Origin: Vicinamibacterales bacterium
GTDB taxonomy: Bacteria; Acidobacteriota; Vicinamibacteria; Vicinamibacterales; UBA8438
Length of the DNA stretch: 64,000 nt
Assembly: GCA_963665465.1 (NCBI GenBank)
Contig: OY762226.1
Span: 5,387,986-5,451,985 of the forward strand
Reading direction: 5' to 3'
Shown: positions 17,866 to 27,461 of the stretch, one piece after another
Layout of the letters: each line of letters begins with the position of its first letter
Numbering within the stretch: position 1 is the stretch's first letter
Program-made: the position numbers and the translations under genes
The notes under the pieces: model-generated
Databases searched by the model: none
Seen by the model: the letters and a program-made list of their open reading frames with translations, nothing else
Told to the model about the DNA's origin: nothing

Positions 17866-17914
17866 GTTGCCTTTTGCGTTCGTGGAGTAGTTCCGCATAG
17901 TCGGGGCAACCTCA
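17866..17914. repeat. Right terminal IR of serine-recombinase element copy A
   Basis: GTTGCCTTTTGCGTTCGTGGAGTAGTTCCGCATAGTCGGGGCAACCTCA. Its reverse complement matches 732..780 at 40/49 and 25631..25679 at 43/49. Confidence 0.7.
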
Positions 17915-17949
17915 ATAGCGGAAGCTGGCCGAGTGCCGGCGGGCGCTCT

Positions 17950-18128
17950 GCGCGCCGCCACCACCAGCGCCACAGCAGGACGCCCCGGTCACTGACTATC
18001 GGGATCGCTATGAGACGCTGACCGGCCGCTCGTTGCGCCAGTGTCCTCGCTGCCACGCAGGCAACATGCAACCGGCCGACCACCCCGCTGGCGCCTGGGC
18101 GTGTCCGGCCATTGTGGATTCATCGTGA
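17950..18128 (+). pseudogene. Possible IS91-family transposase C-terminal remnant
   Basis: ...DYRDRYETLTGRSLRQCPRCHAGNMQPADHP...stop resembles the Cys-rich C-terminal tail of IS91-type transposases (from memory). There is no upstream ORF body. Confidence 0.35.
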
Positions 18129-18371
18129 CTCGCGCCTCGACGTCCGCCAGGTGCGCCTCCGCTGCTCCCGGAGTCGCCGGGGTGGTCGACCCGCGTCTGC
18201 GATCCTCGCGGCGGGCTGCACGACCCCCTTCGCGGCCATCGCCGCTGGCCGCCGGCGGTCGCCAACCTCCTCGCACCGCCCCGGCAGATCCCTGCCCGTG
18301 CCGTCTGCCCACAATGCAACGCCCATAGAAGTCACCGGCGGGGCGGCGCTTTCGTCCAATCCATCTTTCGG

Positions 18372-19384
18372 TCACCGGCGCGGTGAACGCCTTGCCAGTG
18401 CCCGCCGGTCGCCGCCGCGCCGCCAACCGAAAGATGCTCTGCAGTATGACCAGCTGGACATACTGGCCGGAATTGGGTGTCCACCGAGGTCGAAGAAGCC
18501 CTGCTCCAGGCCGCCGGAGGGCTCGAAGACCGTCCCGCGTCCGCTGTCGTAGTCGCACCTCGCCGACCGTTGTCGCGCTGCCGAGGATCGCGCTCCAGGA
18601 TCCCTGGAAGTACTCCGGGAAGATCCAGTCGAGCTGAAACGCCAAGCCAATCCAGAACGCGAGGCCGACCACGAGGCGCGCCGCCACGCCGTCAGCTCGA
18701 CGATCGAGATCCCCGTGGCATACGTCGTGTTCGGCAGCGTGCCCGCCAGACCCGAAAGGAGGTTGCCGAGGCAGTCGGCCGACATTGCCCTGGATCGAAC
18801 GGAAGTCGATGGCGCGCGGCCGGCGCCACGACACCCGCTGGATGGCGACGCCGTCGCCGAGCGTGTCCATCGCGCCACGAGGGTCACCAGCAAAAACGCC
18901 GGCAGCAGGATCCAGAACTCGGGTCCGAAGCCGAGATCGAGTCCGGGATAGGCAAAGGCGGCAAGCCGACCCAGCCCGCCTCGCCAACGCTCGCCGTGTC
19001 GTAGAGTCCAAAGACGAGCCCCCCGTTCGCGGTGCCCGCGACCACGCCCACGACCGGCCCCCACAGCTGCCACAGACCCGAACCGCGGAGCACGGTCACG
19101 ACGATGACCAGCAGCGTCACGCTCACCGTGACCGGCGCCGCCGCCGGCGAGGCGCCCTCCGGCACATCGGCGAGCTTGGAGCTTGCGCCGCAGGACGTTT
19201 GCGGCACGAAATGAGTCCTCATCCCACGCGCTGAGCTCCGTGTCGGGGCGGCTTCGCCGGTCGGCAAGGCGGGATGGATGTTCGGTGGTTGGCGAACAGA
19301 GAGCAAAATTCGGTCCTCGCGGGCCGTAGTATGGCCCGTCAGAGACCGCGGTGCAGGTCGATTTGCCGCCGTTGCGAGCCTCAT
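18372..19384 (-). pseudogene. Decayed NCS2-type (xanthine/uracil) permease gene, multiple frameshifts
   Basis: Permease-like TM segments are spread over three minus-strand frames: VTLLVIVVTVLRGSGLWQLWGPVVGVVAG; GLDLGFGPEFWILLPAFLLVTLV; DCLGNLLSGLAGTLPNTTYATGISIVELT; VVGLAFWIGLAFQLDWIFPEYFQG. Confidence 0.5.
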
Positions 19385-19394
19385 TCCCCGTGTC

Positions 19395-20717
19395 CTACGC
19401 CGCCTTCAGCACGTGCAGGCGCTTGACGTTCAACGCCAGGCACACCAGGTCCCACTCGCAGCGCACCTTCGCCAGTCCGCGCAGGCTGAAGCGCCGGAAG
19501 CCCAGCGCGTGCTTGATCCAACCGTAGGGAGCCTCCGACAACCACTTGCGCTTCGCATACGCCTCCCGGCCCGCCGGCGTCGCCAGCTTCTCCACCATGC
19601 GACCCGTCGCCGGATGTTTCTCCAGATCGCGGGCGGCCGTCTGCTTGCCCTCCCGGCCCGGCGCCACATACCCGTCAACGCCCCGCTTTTCCAGGTCCTT
19701 CAGGTCCCGCTCGTTGCAGTACCCCGCATCGGCCAGCACCGTCTCCGGCTGCGCGTCGAACGTCTCCTGCACCGCGTCAAGCAACACCGGCAACTCACCC
19801 TGGTCACTCGCGTTCGCCGTCAGATCCGTCGCCACCACCAACTGGTGCTCCGCGTCCACCGCCGCCTGCGCGTTGTAGCACTGCTGGAACCCCTCACTGC
19901 TCGTCTTCATGATCGAGCTCTCAGGGTCCGTGAAGTTGCTCTGCGCCTTCTCGTCCGGCTCGCCATACGCCCGCTTGTACGGCGGTCCGCCCTTCGGGTT
20001 CCGGTCCTGACCCGGCTGCCGACCCCGCATGTCGTCCGCCGCCCGTTGCTTCGCTTCCAGGCGCGACTTCGCCGCGCGAATCGCGGCCAGACGCGCTTCC
20101 CGCCGGTGCAACTCCGCCGGCAGATCATCGCCCCGAATCTCCGCGCCCAAGCGTGCGTCCTCGGCCTCGTCAACCGCATCCGCCTGACGCAACAGCGCCT
20201 CGATCTCGCTTTCCAGCCGCTGTTCCTCTTCCTGCATCCGGTCGTAGCTCATCGCCTTGTGCTTGCTCGCGTTCGCACGCACCTTCGTCCCGTCGATAGA
20301 CAGCTTCCCCAAGCGCGCCAGACCCAACTCCTGCGCCAGACGGACCACCTCCACGAACAGCGCCTGGAAATCCTCAAGGTGCCGACGCCGAAACTCGCAC
20401 AGCGTCCGGTGTTGCGGAAAGTTCCCCGCCGCCAGCACCCGGAACGCCACGTCCTCTTCCAGTTTCCGGGCAACCCGGCGCGACGAGAACACCCCCGTCG
20501 CGTAGGCGTAGAGCAGAACCTTCACCATCATCCGGGGCTCATACGGCGCGTTGCGGCGCCCGTCTCCCTCATACGCCATGTAGAACGCCGTCAGGTCCAG
20601 ACCGTCCACCAGGTCGCTGACGTGGTGTGCCAAGTGGCCCTCGGGCAGCCACTCCCGCACGTCGGGCGGAAACAGCAGCGACTGATCCGGCGCGTAGGGG
20701 CGGAACGTAGTCGACAT
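19395..20717 (-). CDS. IS1182-family (IS5-related) transposase
   Basis: 440 aa from MSTTFRPYAPDQSLLFPPDVREWLPEGHLAHHVSDLVD, with a central coiled coil and the DDE region ...LADAGYCNE.... Confidence 0.85.
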   Translation of the reverse strand: MSTTFRPYAPDQSLLFPPDVREWLPEGHLAHHVSDLVDGLDLTAFYMAYEGDGRRNAPYEPRMMVKVLLYAYATGVFSSRRVARKLEEDVAFRVLAAGNFPQHRTLCEFRRRHLEDFQALFVEVVRLAQELGLARLGKLSIDGTKVRANASKHKAMSYDRMQEEEQRLESEIEALLRQADAVDEAEDARLGAEIRGDDLPAELHRREARLAAIRAAKSRLEAKQRAADDMRGRQPGQDRNPKGGPPYKRAYGEPDEKAQSNFTDPESSIMKTSSEGFQQCYNAQAAVDAEHQLVVATDLTANASDQGELPVLLDAVQETFDAQPETVLADAGYCNERDLKDLEKRGVDGYVAPGREGKQTAARDLEKHPATGRMVEKLATPAGREAYAKRKWLSEAPYGWIKHALGFRRFSLRGLAKVRCEWDLVCLALNVKRLHVLKAA

Positions 20718-21188
20718 CAAGTCCTTTCGTCGTCCGATCTCGCCTACGATTGTCGCATCTGGTTTTCTGCGGCGCAGACTCCTAGCCAATGATGACCGGC
20801 GCGAGGGTCACCGCAGACGGCTAGAAAGGCGCTGCTGCTCCCCATCAGTATCACGTAGCCGGCGCTGGGGCGCCGATGCGCCCGACGCGCATCGCTTGGA
20901 CCGCGGTCGTGGCGTGTGCTCGGCACCCTGAAAGTTGCTTTCTTCGGCTCCACTGTTCGCTTTTCGATCCTCTGACGCCTTTAAACCAATAGACGAGCTT
21001 GCGCGAACTCGCTTCGGGATGTCCGTGATCACTGCCGCTCGCGAAAGAGGAGGGCCCGGCCACACGCGGTATCGAGCCCCGTTGCCGTTTGGCGCAAGCA
21101 CGAACTGGCCGGCTCGCGTTCGTCCGTGACAGTTGAGTGCGTCGAGCGAGAACGGAGAGGTTGGATTCTGACCCGGGGGGAAAACAGT

Positions 21189-22030
21189 ATGAAGCCTGCG
21201 AGGTTGCTCGCCGGTGCGTTGCCGGCGTATGCGCTTGTCGCGCCGGTTTCGGCTTCGTCGGCGGTCGGGCGGCTGGCCCTTGATGTTGATTGCGTCGAGC
21301 GGGCCGGGATTCTGCGCGCGATCTCGCGCCGCCCGCTGGCGCGCTCCGTGCAGCGCACGGCCCTGGACACGGTGCCACCCGAGCTCGAACGGCTCGGCAA
21401 GGGCGCCGACAACGGAGACGCGACCGCGCAGACTGAGCTCACAGATACTTCGCCGGTCGAGGTGTGGTGCAGAACGACCGGGCCGCCGTGTCGTGGTACC
21501 GCGGCGCGGCCGAGCAGGAGGAGGCAGTCTGTTGAGGCGACGCTGGGCCTCGACCGGCCGCCGCGGCGGCTGATTCATCAGGCGCTCGCCGCCGAGGGCT
21601 TCGACCGGGGGGTGCCGGACGGCCTGTTCGGCCCGCGGACGCGGGCGGCCATCCGGGCCTGGCAGGCCGCGTGGGGGCGCGGCCGAGACGGGGTATCTCG
21701 ACGGAACGCAAGCCGAGTTGCTGATGGGAACCGGTGCGCCGCCAACCGGGGCGGTGGCCGAGCCGCCGGACACCTCGGCCGGGACAGAGGTCGACCCGGT
21801 CCAGGTTGCTGGCCCACCGGACCCTCCGGACTCCGATGCCACGACGGCAGCTTCGCCCCGGTGCCGGACGAATCCACCGGCCCGGCTCTGGCGGCAGTTG
21901 TTCGTGAGGGATGGAACAGCAGGATATGCGTGTTCTTCAGGGACACGACAGTTGAGGAGGTGACCGCCTCCCTGGCGGCCGGTGCCGACGTGGCGGCGCG
22001 GAATGACTACGGCGACACATCGCTCTCCTT
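21189..22030 (+). pseudogene. Secreted Sel1-repeat / peptidoglycan-binding / ankyrin-like protein gene, frameshifted
   Basis: There is a signal peptide MKPARLLAGALPAYALVAPVSASSA. Sel1-like YFAGRGVVQNDRAAVSWYRGAAEQ lies in a second frame. PG-binding-like LIHQALAAEGFDRGVPDGLFGPRTRAAIRAWQ and ANK-like LAAGADVAARNDYGDTSL are also present. The domains are split over frames. Confidence 0.45.
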
Positions 22031-22117
22031 CCCAGTGTGGATGGCAATTGCGGCGCAGCTACCAAGGCCAAGTACGGGAACGTTCCAGATTCGTTTTGTG
22101 CACCGGAGGGACCGAAG

Positions 22118-24676
22118 ATGGCGACCTATAACGGCACAGCCGACGATGACGTGATCCTGGGCGGCATGGACGACGACACCCTACTGGGTGGACCCGGGAA
22201 TGACAACCTCAGCGGCATGGACGGCGATGACCGACTCGAGGGCGGGCCGGGCAACGACACGCTGGAGGGCGGGGCCGGGGCGGACGAGATCGACGGCGGC
22301 GAGGACGCAGGGCGCGGCGAATTCTTCGGCAGCTCCCGTAGCTTGATTTGGGGCGATACGGCCACGTATGTGGATTCCGATGCGGGCGTGACGATCAACT
22401 TGGCGACCGGCACCGCGGAGGGCGGGCACGCCGAAGGTGACACGCTCACGGGTATCGAGAGCGTCCGCGCGTCCGACCACGCAGACGTGCTCGTGGCGCG
22501 CAACGATGATCCGGCCACCGGGGATGGGGAAGGCAGCACGCTGTACGGGCAAGGGGGCGATGACTTGCTGACCGGTGGCGATGGGCAGGACTACCTCTGG
22601 GGCGGCAAGGGCGACGACACGCTCATGGGCGGAGCCTCCAACTCTGACTACCTGGAGGGTGGCGCTGGCGCGGACGTGCTCGACGGCGGCGAGGGGTTTG
22701 GTGACTATGCGAAGTATGAGCTGTCTGATGCCGGCGTGACGGTCAACCTAGCGACGGGCGAGGCGGAGGGTGGACACGCCGAGGGCGACACGCTCACAGG
22801 CATTGAGTCTGTTTGGGGATCCAGCCACGCCGACCGCCTCATCGGCGACAGTGGATTCAACTTCTTCGTTGGAGGTGCCGGCGCGGACACAATCGACGGC
22901 GGGGCGGGCTCCGACCTCATCTTATACGTGTCCTCACATGCCGGCGTGACAGTCAACATGGCGACGGGCATGGGGGACGGCGGGAACGCCGAGGGTGACC
23001 TGCTCACGGGCATCGAAAGGGTCTTTGGGTCCCGCCATGCCGACCACCTCATCGGCGGCGACGACGATGCCCGACTGTTCGGCTGGTTTGGCGACGACAC
23101 CTTGGAGGGCGGTGCGGGGAACGACTGGTTTGAAGGCAATGCTGGCGCGGACGTGATAGACGGGGGTGGGGGCGATTGGAATTTCGCCGCGTACTGGAAC
23201 TCCGATGCGGGGGTGACGATCAACCTGGCGGAGGGCGAGGCGGCAGGCGGCCACGCCGAGGGCGACACGCTCACGGGCATCATCGGCGTCGTTGGCTCAA
23301 ACCATGCGGACCACCTGGTCGGCGACGCCGTGCACAACAACCTCCACGGCGGAGATGGCAACGACACCTTGGACGGCGGCGCGGGCGACGACCACCTGCA
23401 AGGCGACGCGGGCAACGACATGCTCGACGGCGGCGCGGGTAACGACTATCTGGTGGGCGGCGAGGGCGCAGACGTGCTCGACGGCGGCGCAGGTTACGAC
23501 ATCGCCGACTACGGTGCATCGGATGCAGGCGTCAGCGTCAACCTGACGAGCACCAGACAGGAGGGCGGACATGCTGGGGGCGACCGCCTGACCGGGATCG
23601 AGCAGCTCGGGGGATCTAGCCACGCCGACCGGCTCATCGGCAACGGTCGGGACAACGACCTCCAGGGTCGAGAGGGCGACGACACCCTGATCAGCGGCGC
23701 AGGGAACGACCAGCTGCATGGCGGCGCCGGCGCGGACAGGCTCGACGGCGGTGACGGTGGTGACGATTGGGCTCGGTACTGGGGCTCAGATGCCGGCGTG
23801 ACAGTCAACTTGGCCACGGGTACGGGCCAGGGCGGGCACGCCGAAGGCGATACGCTCATCCGGATCGAGGGCGTCCAGGGGTCGGACCACGCCGACCACC
23901 TCACCGGCGACGACGGGGACAACGGCTTTGAGGGCGGTGCGGGCGCGGACTTGATCGACGGCGGGGAGGGGGACGATTTCGCCGGCTACTGGGGTTCCGA
24001 TGCGGGCGTCACCGTCAACCTGGCGACGGGCACGAGGCAGGGCGGGCACGCCGAGGGCGACACGCTCATCGGGATTGAGAACATCGACGGGTCGGACCAC
24101 GCTGACCACCTCACCGGCGACGACGGGAACAACTACCTCACCGGCAATGCGGGCGCGGACTTGATCGACGGCGGGGAGGGGGACGATTTCGCCGGCTACT
24201 GGGGTTCCGATGCGGGCGTCACCGTCAACCTGGTGACGGGCACGGGGCAGGGCGGGCACGCCGAGGGCGACACGCTCACCGGGATTGAGAACATCGACGG
24301 GTCGTACGGCCATGGCGACCACCTCATCGGCGACGACGGGGACAACGGGCTCAATGGCAACGGCGGCAACGACACCCTCGAGGGTGGCGACGGCGACGAC
24401 TGGCTGAACGGCGAGGACGGTGAAGATCTGCTCACCGGCGGCGAGGGTGCCGACATGTTCGTCTTCGGGGACGGCGACACGGTCACGGACTTCGAGGACG
24501 GCAGCGACCTGATCAACATCCACGACATGGGTCACATCAACGCCGACAATTTCGAGACGAACGTCACGATCCGGCAGAGCGGCGACGACGTGGAAGTCCA
24601 GATCGGGGATGCCGTGCTGACGTTGACGGGAGTCAGCGCTTCCGACGTCACCCTGGACGACTTCGCCCTCGCGTAG
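22118..24676 (+). CDS. RTX-type calcium-binding repeat protein (852 aa)
   Basis: The ATG is preceded by GGAGGG. There are dozens of GGxGxD nonapeptide repeats. About eight ~70-100-aa modules carry SDAGVTVNLATGxxxGGHAEGDTLTGIE. The C-terminus is acidic, as in T1SS substrates. Confidence 0.85.
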   Translation: MATYNGTADDDVILGGMDDDTLLGGPGNDNLSGMDGDDRLEGGPGNDTLEGGAGADEIDGGEDAGRGEFFGSSRSLIWGDTATYVDSDAGVTINLATGTAEGGHAEGDTLTGIESVRASDHADVLVARNDDPATGDGEGSTLYGQGGDDLLTGGDGQDYLWGGKGDDTLMGGASNSDYLEGGAGADVLDGGEGFGDYAKYELSDAGVTVNLATGEAEGGHAEGDTLTGIESVWGSSHADRLIGDSGFNFFVGGAGADTIDGGAGSDLILYVSSHAGVTVNMATGMGDGGNAEGDLLTGIERVFGSRHADHLIGGDDDARLFGWFGDDTLEGGAGNDWFEGNAGADVIDGGGGDWNFAAYWNSDAGVTINLAEGEAAGGHAEGDTLTGIIGVVGSNHADHLVGDAVHNNLHGGDGNDTLDGGAGDDHLQGDAGNDMLDGGAGNDYLVGGEGADVLDGGAGYDIADYGASDAGVSVNLTSTRQEGGHAGGDRLTGIEQLGGSSHADRLIGNGRDNDLQGREGDDTLISGAGNDQLHGGAGADRLDGGDGGDDWARYWGSDAGVTVNLATGTGQGGHAEGDTLIRIEGVQGSDHADHLTGDDGDNGFEGGAGADLIDGGEGDDFAGYWGSDAGVTVNLATGTRQGGHAEGDTLIGIENIDGSDHADHLTGDDGNNYLTGNAGADLIDGGEGDDFAGYWGSDAGVTVNLVTGTGQGGHAEGDTLTGIENIDGSYGHGDHLIGDDGDNGLNGNGGNDTLEGGDGDDWLNGEDGEDLLTGGEGADMFVFGDGDTVTDFEDGSDLINIHDMGHINADNFETNVTIRQSGDDVEVQIGDAVLTLTGVSASDVTLDDFALA

Positions 24677-24796
24677 CGGGTTCGTGGGTGTTTGCATGAC
24701 CGTGGAAGGGCACCGGCGGGGCGTGCGACACCACGCTCCACCCGGGAGCGATTGGTGGCCAGCACGCCCAACGCGGCGCCCGCGTCTGGCAACTGC

Positions 24797-25066
24797 ATGA
24801 CCGAACGAGACGATGCGGGGGCCCTGACCGAGGTCGGCGAACGATACGAGCGTGGTCGCGGCGTGGGCCAAGACTGCGAAGTAGCTGTAGCGCTGTACCG
24901 CTGCGCCGCCAAGCAGGGCGACGCCGCCGCCCGGTACCACCTGGGCCTCATGTATGCGAGTGGTCGTGGCGTGCGACGTGACCGTGTGGAAGCTGCCCGG
25001 TGGCTCCGTTTTGCAGCTGAGCGGGGATATACCAAGGCACAGAGTGTCCCCGACCGCGGGGGGTGA
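24797..25066 (+). CDS. Sel1-repeat protein (short, possibly truncated)
   Basis: GRGVGQDCEVAVALYRCAAKQGDAAARYHLGLMYASGRGVRRDRVEAARWLRFAAERGYTKAQ gives two Sel1/TPR-like repeats. It ends mid-repeat. Confidence 0.45.
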   Translation: MTERDDAGALTEVGERYERGRGVGQDCEVAVALYRCAAKQGDAAARYHLGLMYASGRGVRRDRVEAARWLRFAAERGYTKAQSVPDRGG

Positions 25067-25338
25067 GCTGGGCGAGGACCTCGAGTCGTGCGTTTCTTGT
25101 CTGCCTTCCGCTCGCTTCGCAGCGAGCATGGTCATCCAGTAACGCGGGGCGGGACGGATCAACACTTTTTAGTGTGTTTGTCCAGCCTGAGTCAATGTCG
25201 AGTAGCACAAGACGCTACGGATCCTTCTGGCGAGTAGCGAAGAGTTGTGGCCGGCTGGTGTCGCCGGTGTCAAGAGGACGCCCAATAGTGGGCTCCTTCG
25301 GGAAGCGCCGGCCGGCCACTTTAGTCGAGGTACCCAGA

Positions 25339-25515
25339 ATGGCTGAGTGGATCATCGCGGGGTTGCTTGGAGCGATTCTGTTGATTCTGTATGTGGAACT
25401 CCGGGTTCTGATTCGCGAAATGGAGAAGCTGGACAGGAGGATGGAGCGGTGTATGGACCGGGTGGCGGAGGACGTTCGCGCGTTGCGTCGAATCGTTGAG
25501 GGTGAGGGGACTTGA
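25339..25515 (+). CDS. Hypothetical small membrane/coiled-coil protein
   Basis: 58 aa: MAEWIIAGLLGAILLILYV (TM) followed by a charged helix. The local GC is lower. No homology was recognised. Confidence 0.3.
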   Translation: MAEWIIAGLLGAILLILYVELRVLIREMEKLDRRMERCMDRVAEDVRALRRIVEGEGT

Positions 25516-25644
25516 AGGGAAGGGCCACCCCATTTGGCGGCCCCGACCGAGTCACGAAATCTACGGTCGCCTCAACACGGTGGTCCGCGCGGCCGCGTGG
25601 GCGCGCTCGGTCAACGTAGCCCGCAGGGAGTGGAGTTGCCCCGA

Positions 25645-27318
25645 CTATGCGGAACTACCCCGTGAACGCAAAAGGTAACTTGGGGGGTCGGCGAGGTCGC
25701 CGACTCGGCCATTGGGTCCGGAACTCGTTGGCGGCGGTCCCGAGGGAACGGGAATACAGTGGCGAATCACGAGCGCGTCGTCGCTGACGAGGACCTCCTT
25801 GACGAGGAGCCGCACGATCCGTTGCCGCTCCACGATGTCGAGCGTCTCGGCCGACGCCCGCAAGCGGGTCAGAAACGCCGAGAGCGTTTCGGCGAGACGC
25901 AGATGCGCGGCGCGGTCGCGAGTCTGTTCCACCAGCGCGTTCAGCTCCTGTCGCAGCGTCTGCTCGCGTTGACGCAGCAACGGCATCCGCTCGCGTAGTT
26001 GGTCGAGCGACAGCAAGTCCTCCTGGTAGGCGGTGAGCAACCGCTCAATGGTCTTGCCCACGCGTGCAAGGTCCCGCTCCACGGCCTGCGTCCGAGTCCG
26101 CTTGGGGTCGGCAGCCTGGGCGGCGGCCAGCCGGCGATCCAGTTCCTGTTGGATCAGGGCCGGCTCCTCGAGCAACCGCAGCACTTCGGTCCATACCACC
26201 TCGTCCAGCAGGTCCTGCCGGACCGGACGCGCATCGCACCGCGGACCCGCCAAGTGCCGCCACCGGTCGGACCCGATGCAGCGATAGTACTGAATCCTGC
26301 GCGCGGTCGACCGCGTCGAGATGCGCGAGAACGAGTAGCCGCACTTGCGGCAACTCACCAGTCCCTGCACCAGGCTCGGCTCGATCGTGCGGCGGCGGGC
26401 GTGCACCTTGTTCTCGTGCAGCAGCTCCTGCGCCCGCGCGAAGGTCGGCTCGTCGACGATCGCCGGTACCGGGATCTCGATCCACTCCTCGCGCGGCCGT
26501 TCGCGGGGCGCACTGTCGCGACGCGCAACGGCGCCGCCCATCCGCAGCGTCCGCGTTACGCGCTTCTGGCGGGCCACTCCCCGGACTATCCGAGTCTTCC
26601 CGAAGCAGGCCGTGCCGCGATAGGCGGGGTTGCGCAGCATCTGCCTCACCGTCGAGGGCCCCCAGCGGGCCCCGGCCTTCCGCGTGGCCACGCCCTGCTC
26701 GTTGAGCCACCGGCAGATTCCCTCGATGCTCCAGCCCGTGACGGTGTAGTGCTCGTAGATGTCGCGCACGACGCGCGCTTCGGCCTCGACGACGACGTAC
26801 GAAGCCGGTGCATCGTCTCGCTTCCGAAGGTAACGATAGCCATACGGGGCGCCGCCCATGACACTGATCTCGCCCGCTCGCGCGCGGTGCCGCTTCCCCC
26901 GACGCGACCGCTCGAGGATCTGAGCGCGCTCGTATTCGGCGATCATGCCCTGAAACTGCACCAGCAGTTGGTCCTCGGCGGTGGCGCTCGACGGGGCATT
27001 GAGGAAACGGGTCTCGACCCCGTGACGTCCGAGTTCTTCGATCAACAGCACCTGGTACGCGTACTTTCGGCTCAGCCGATCCGGACTGTGAACGAGCACG
27101 ACCTCGATGTCGCCGGCGGCCGCCAGGTCACGGACCCGTTCCAATCCCGGCCGTTCGAGCGTCGCTCCACTATACCCGTCGTCTTCGTAGATCCAGTCCC
27201 GCGGCACCTCGAGATCGAGCGTCGTCGCCCACTCGACCAGTGCCGCCTGAGTCGCGATCGTGTGCGCTTCGCGTTGCCGCTCCGAGGACACGCGCGTGTA
27301 AATCGCCGCCATCTGCAT
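25645..27318 (-). CDS. Large serine recombinase (557 aa), intact copy
   Basis: MQMAAIYTRVSSERQ (catalytic Ser motif), a recombinase domain, the zinc ribbon CRKCGYSF...YYRC and a coiled coil. The stop codon lies inside the left IR. The 802-aa ORF in the track is an upstream read-through. Confidence 0.85.
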   Translation of the reverse strand: MQMAAIYTRVSSERQREAHTIATQAALVEWATTLDLEVPRDWIYEDDGYSGATLERPGLERVRDLAAAGDIEVVLVHSPDRLSRKYAYQVLLIEELGRHGVETRFLNAPSSATAEDQLLVQFQGMIAEYERAQILERSRRGKRHRARAGEISVMGGAPYGYRYLRKRDDAPASYVVVEAEARVVRDIYEHYTVTGWSIEGICRWLNEQGVATRKAGARWGPSTVRQMLRNPAYRGTACFGKTRIVRGVARQKRVTRTLRMGGAVARRDSAPRERPREEWIEIPVPAIVDEPTFARAQELLHENKVHARRRTIEPSLVQGLVSCRKCGYSFSRISTRSTARRIQYYRCIGSDRWRHLAGPRCDARPVRQDLLDEVVWTEVLRLLEEPALIQQELDRRLAAAQAADPKRTRTQAVERDLARVGKTIERLLTAYQEDLLSLDQLRERMPLLRQREQTLRQELNALVEQTRDRAAHLRLAETLSAFLTRLRASAETLDIVERQRIVRLLVKEVLVSDDALVIRHCIPVPSGPPPTSSGPNGRVGDLADPPSYLLRSRGSSA

Positions 27319-27461
27319 GTGGACGCTCCATTCCGTGGGTGGCAACCGGACGCGTGCGGGCCGGCACCAGCAACGCGTAGGCGTGGGCGAGCTTGCCGAC
27401 GAGAAGTCGATCGAACGTGTAGTCGAGATGCACCTGCCGGAGAGTCTTCCGGGGTTGTCGT

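Larger units (their letters stand above)
732..17914 (-). mobile_element. Serine-recombinase IS-like element, copy A (core about 2.3 kb), split by a 14.9-kb nested insertion
   Basis: It is bounded by 49-nt imperfect IRs (732..780 versus the reverse complement of 17866..17914, 40/49 identical, TG...CA termini). The same left end and gene content recur at 25631..27644. The recombinase gene is broken at 946/947 and resumes at 15828. Confidence 0.6.

Noticed and set aside
20920-20945. CTGAAAGTTGC matches the inner part of the SR-element right IR (17859..17869), raising the possibility of a third element end.
   Set aside because: The identity covers only 11 nt and diverges immediately. The GACTATGCGGA motif is absent. 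It is probably chance.
22118-24676. Regular tandem DNA repeats that could suggest a CRISPR-like array. The same applies to 29740..29830, 30737..31354 and 36240..36350.
   Set aside because: All lie in frame within coding sequences (RTX nonapeptides and modules, Gly-rich linkers, cadherin repeats). They lack unique spacers, and no cas genes are present.
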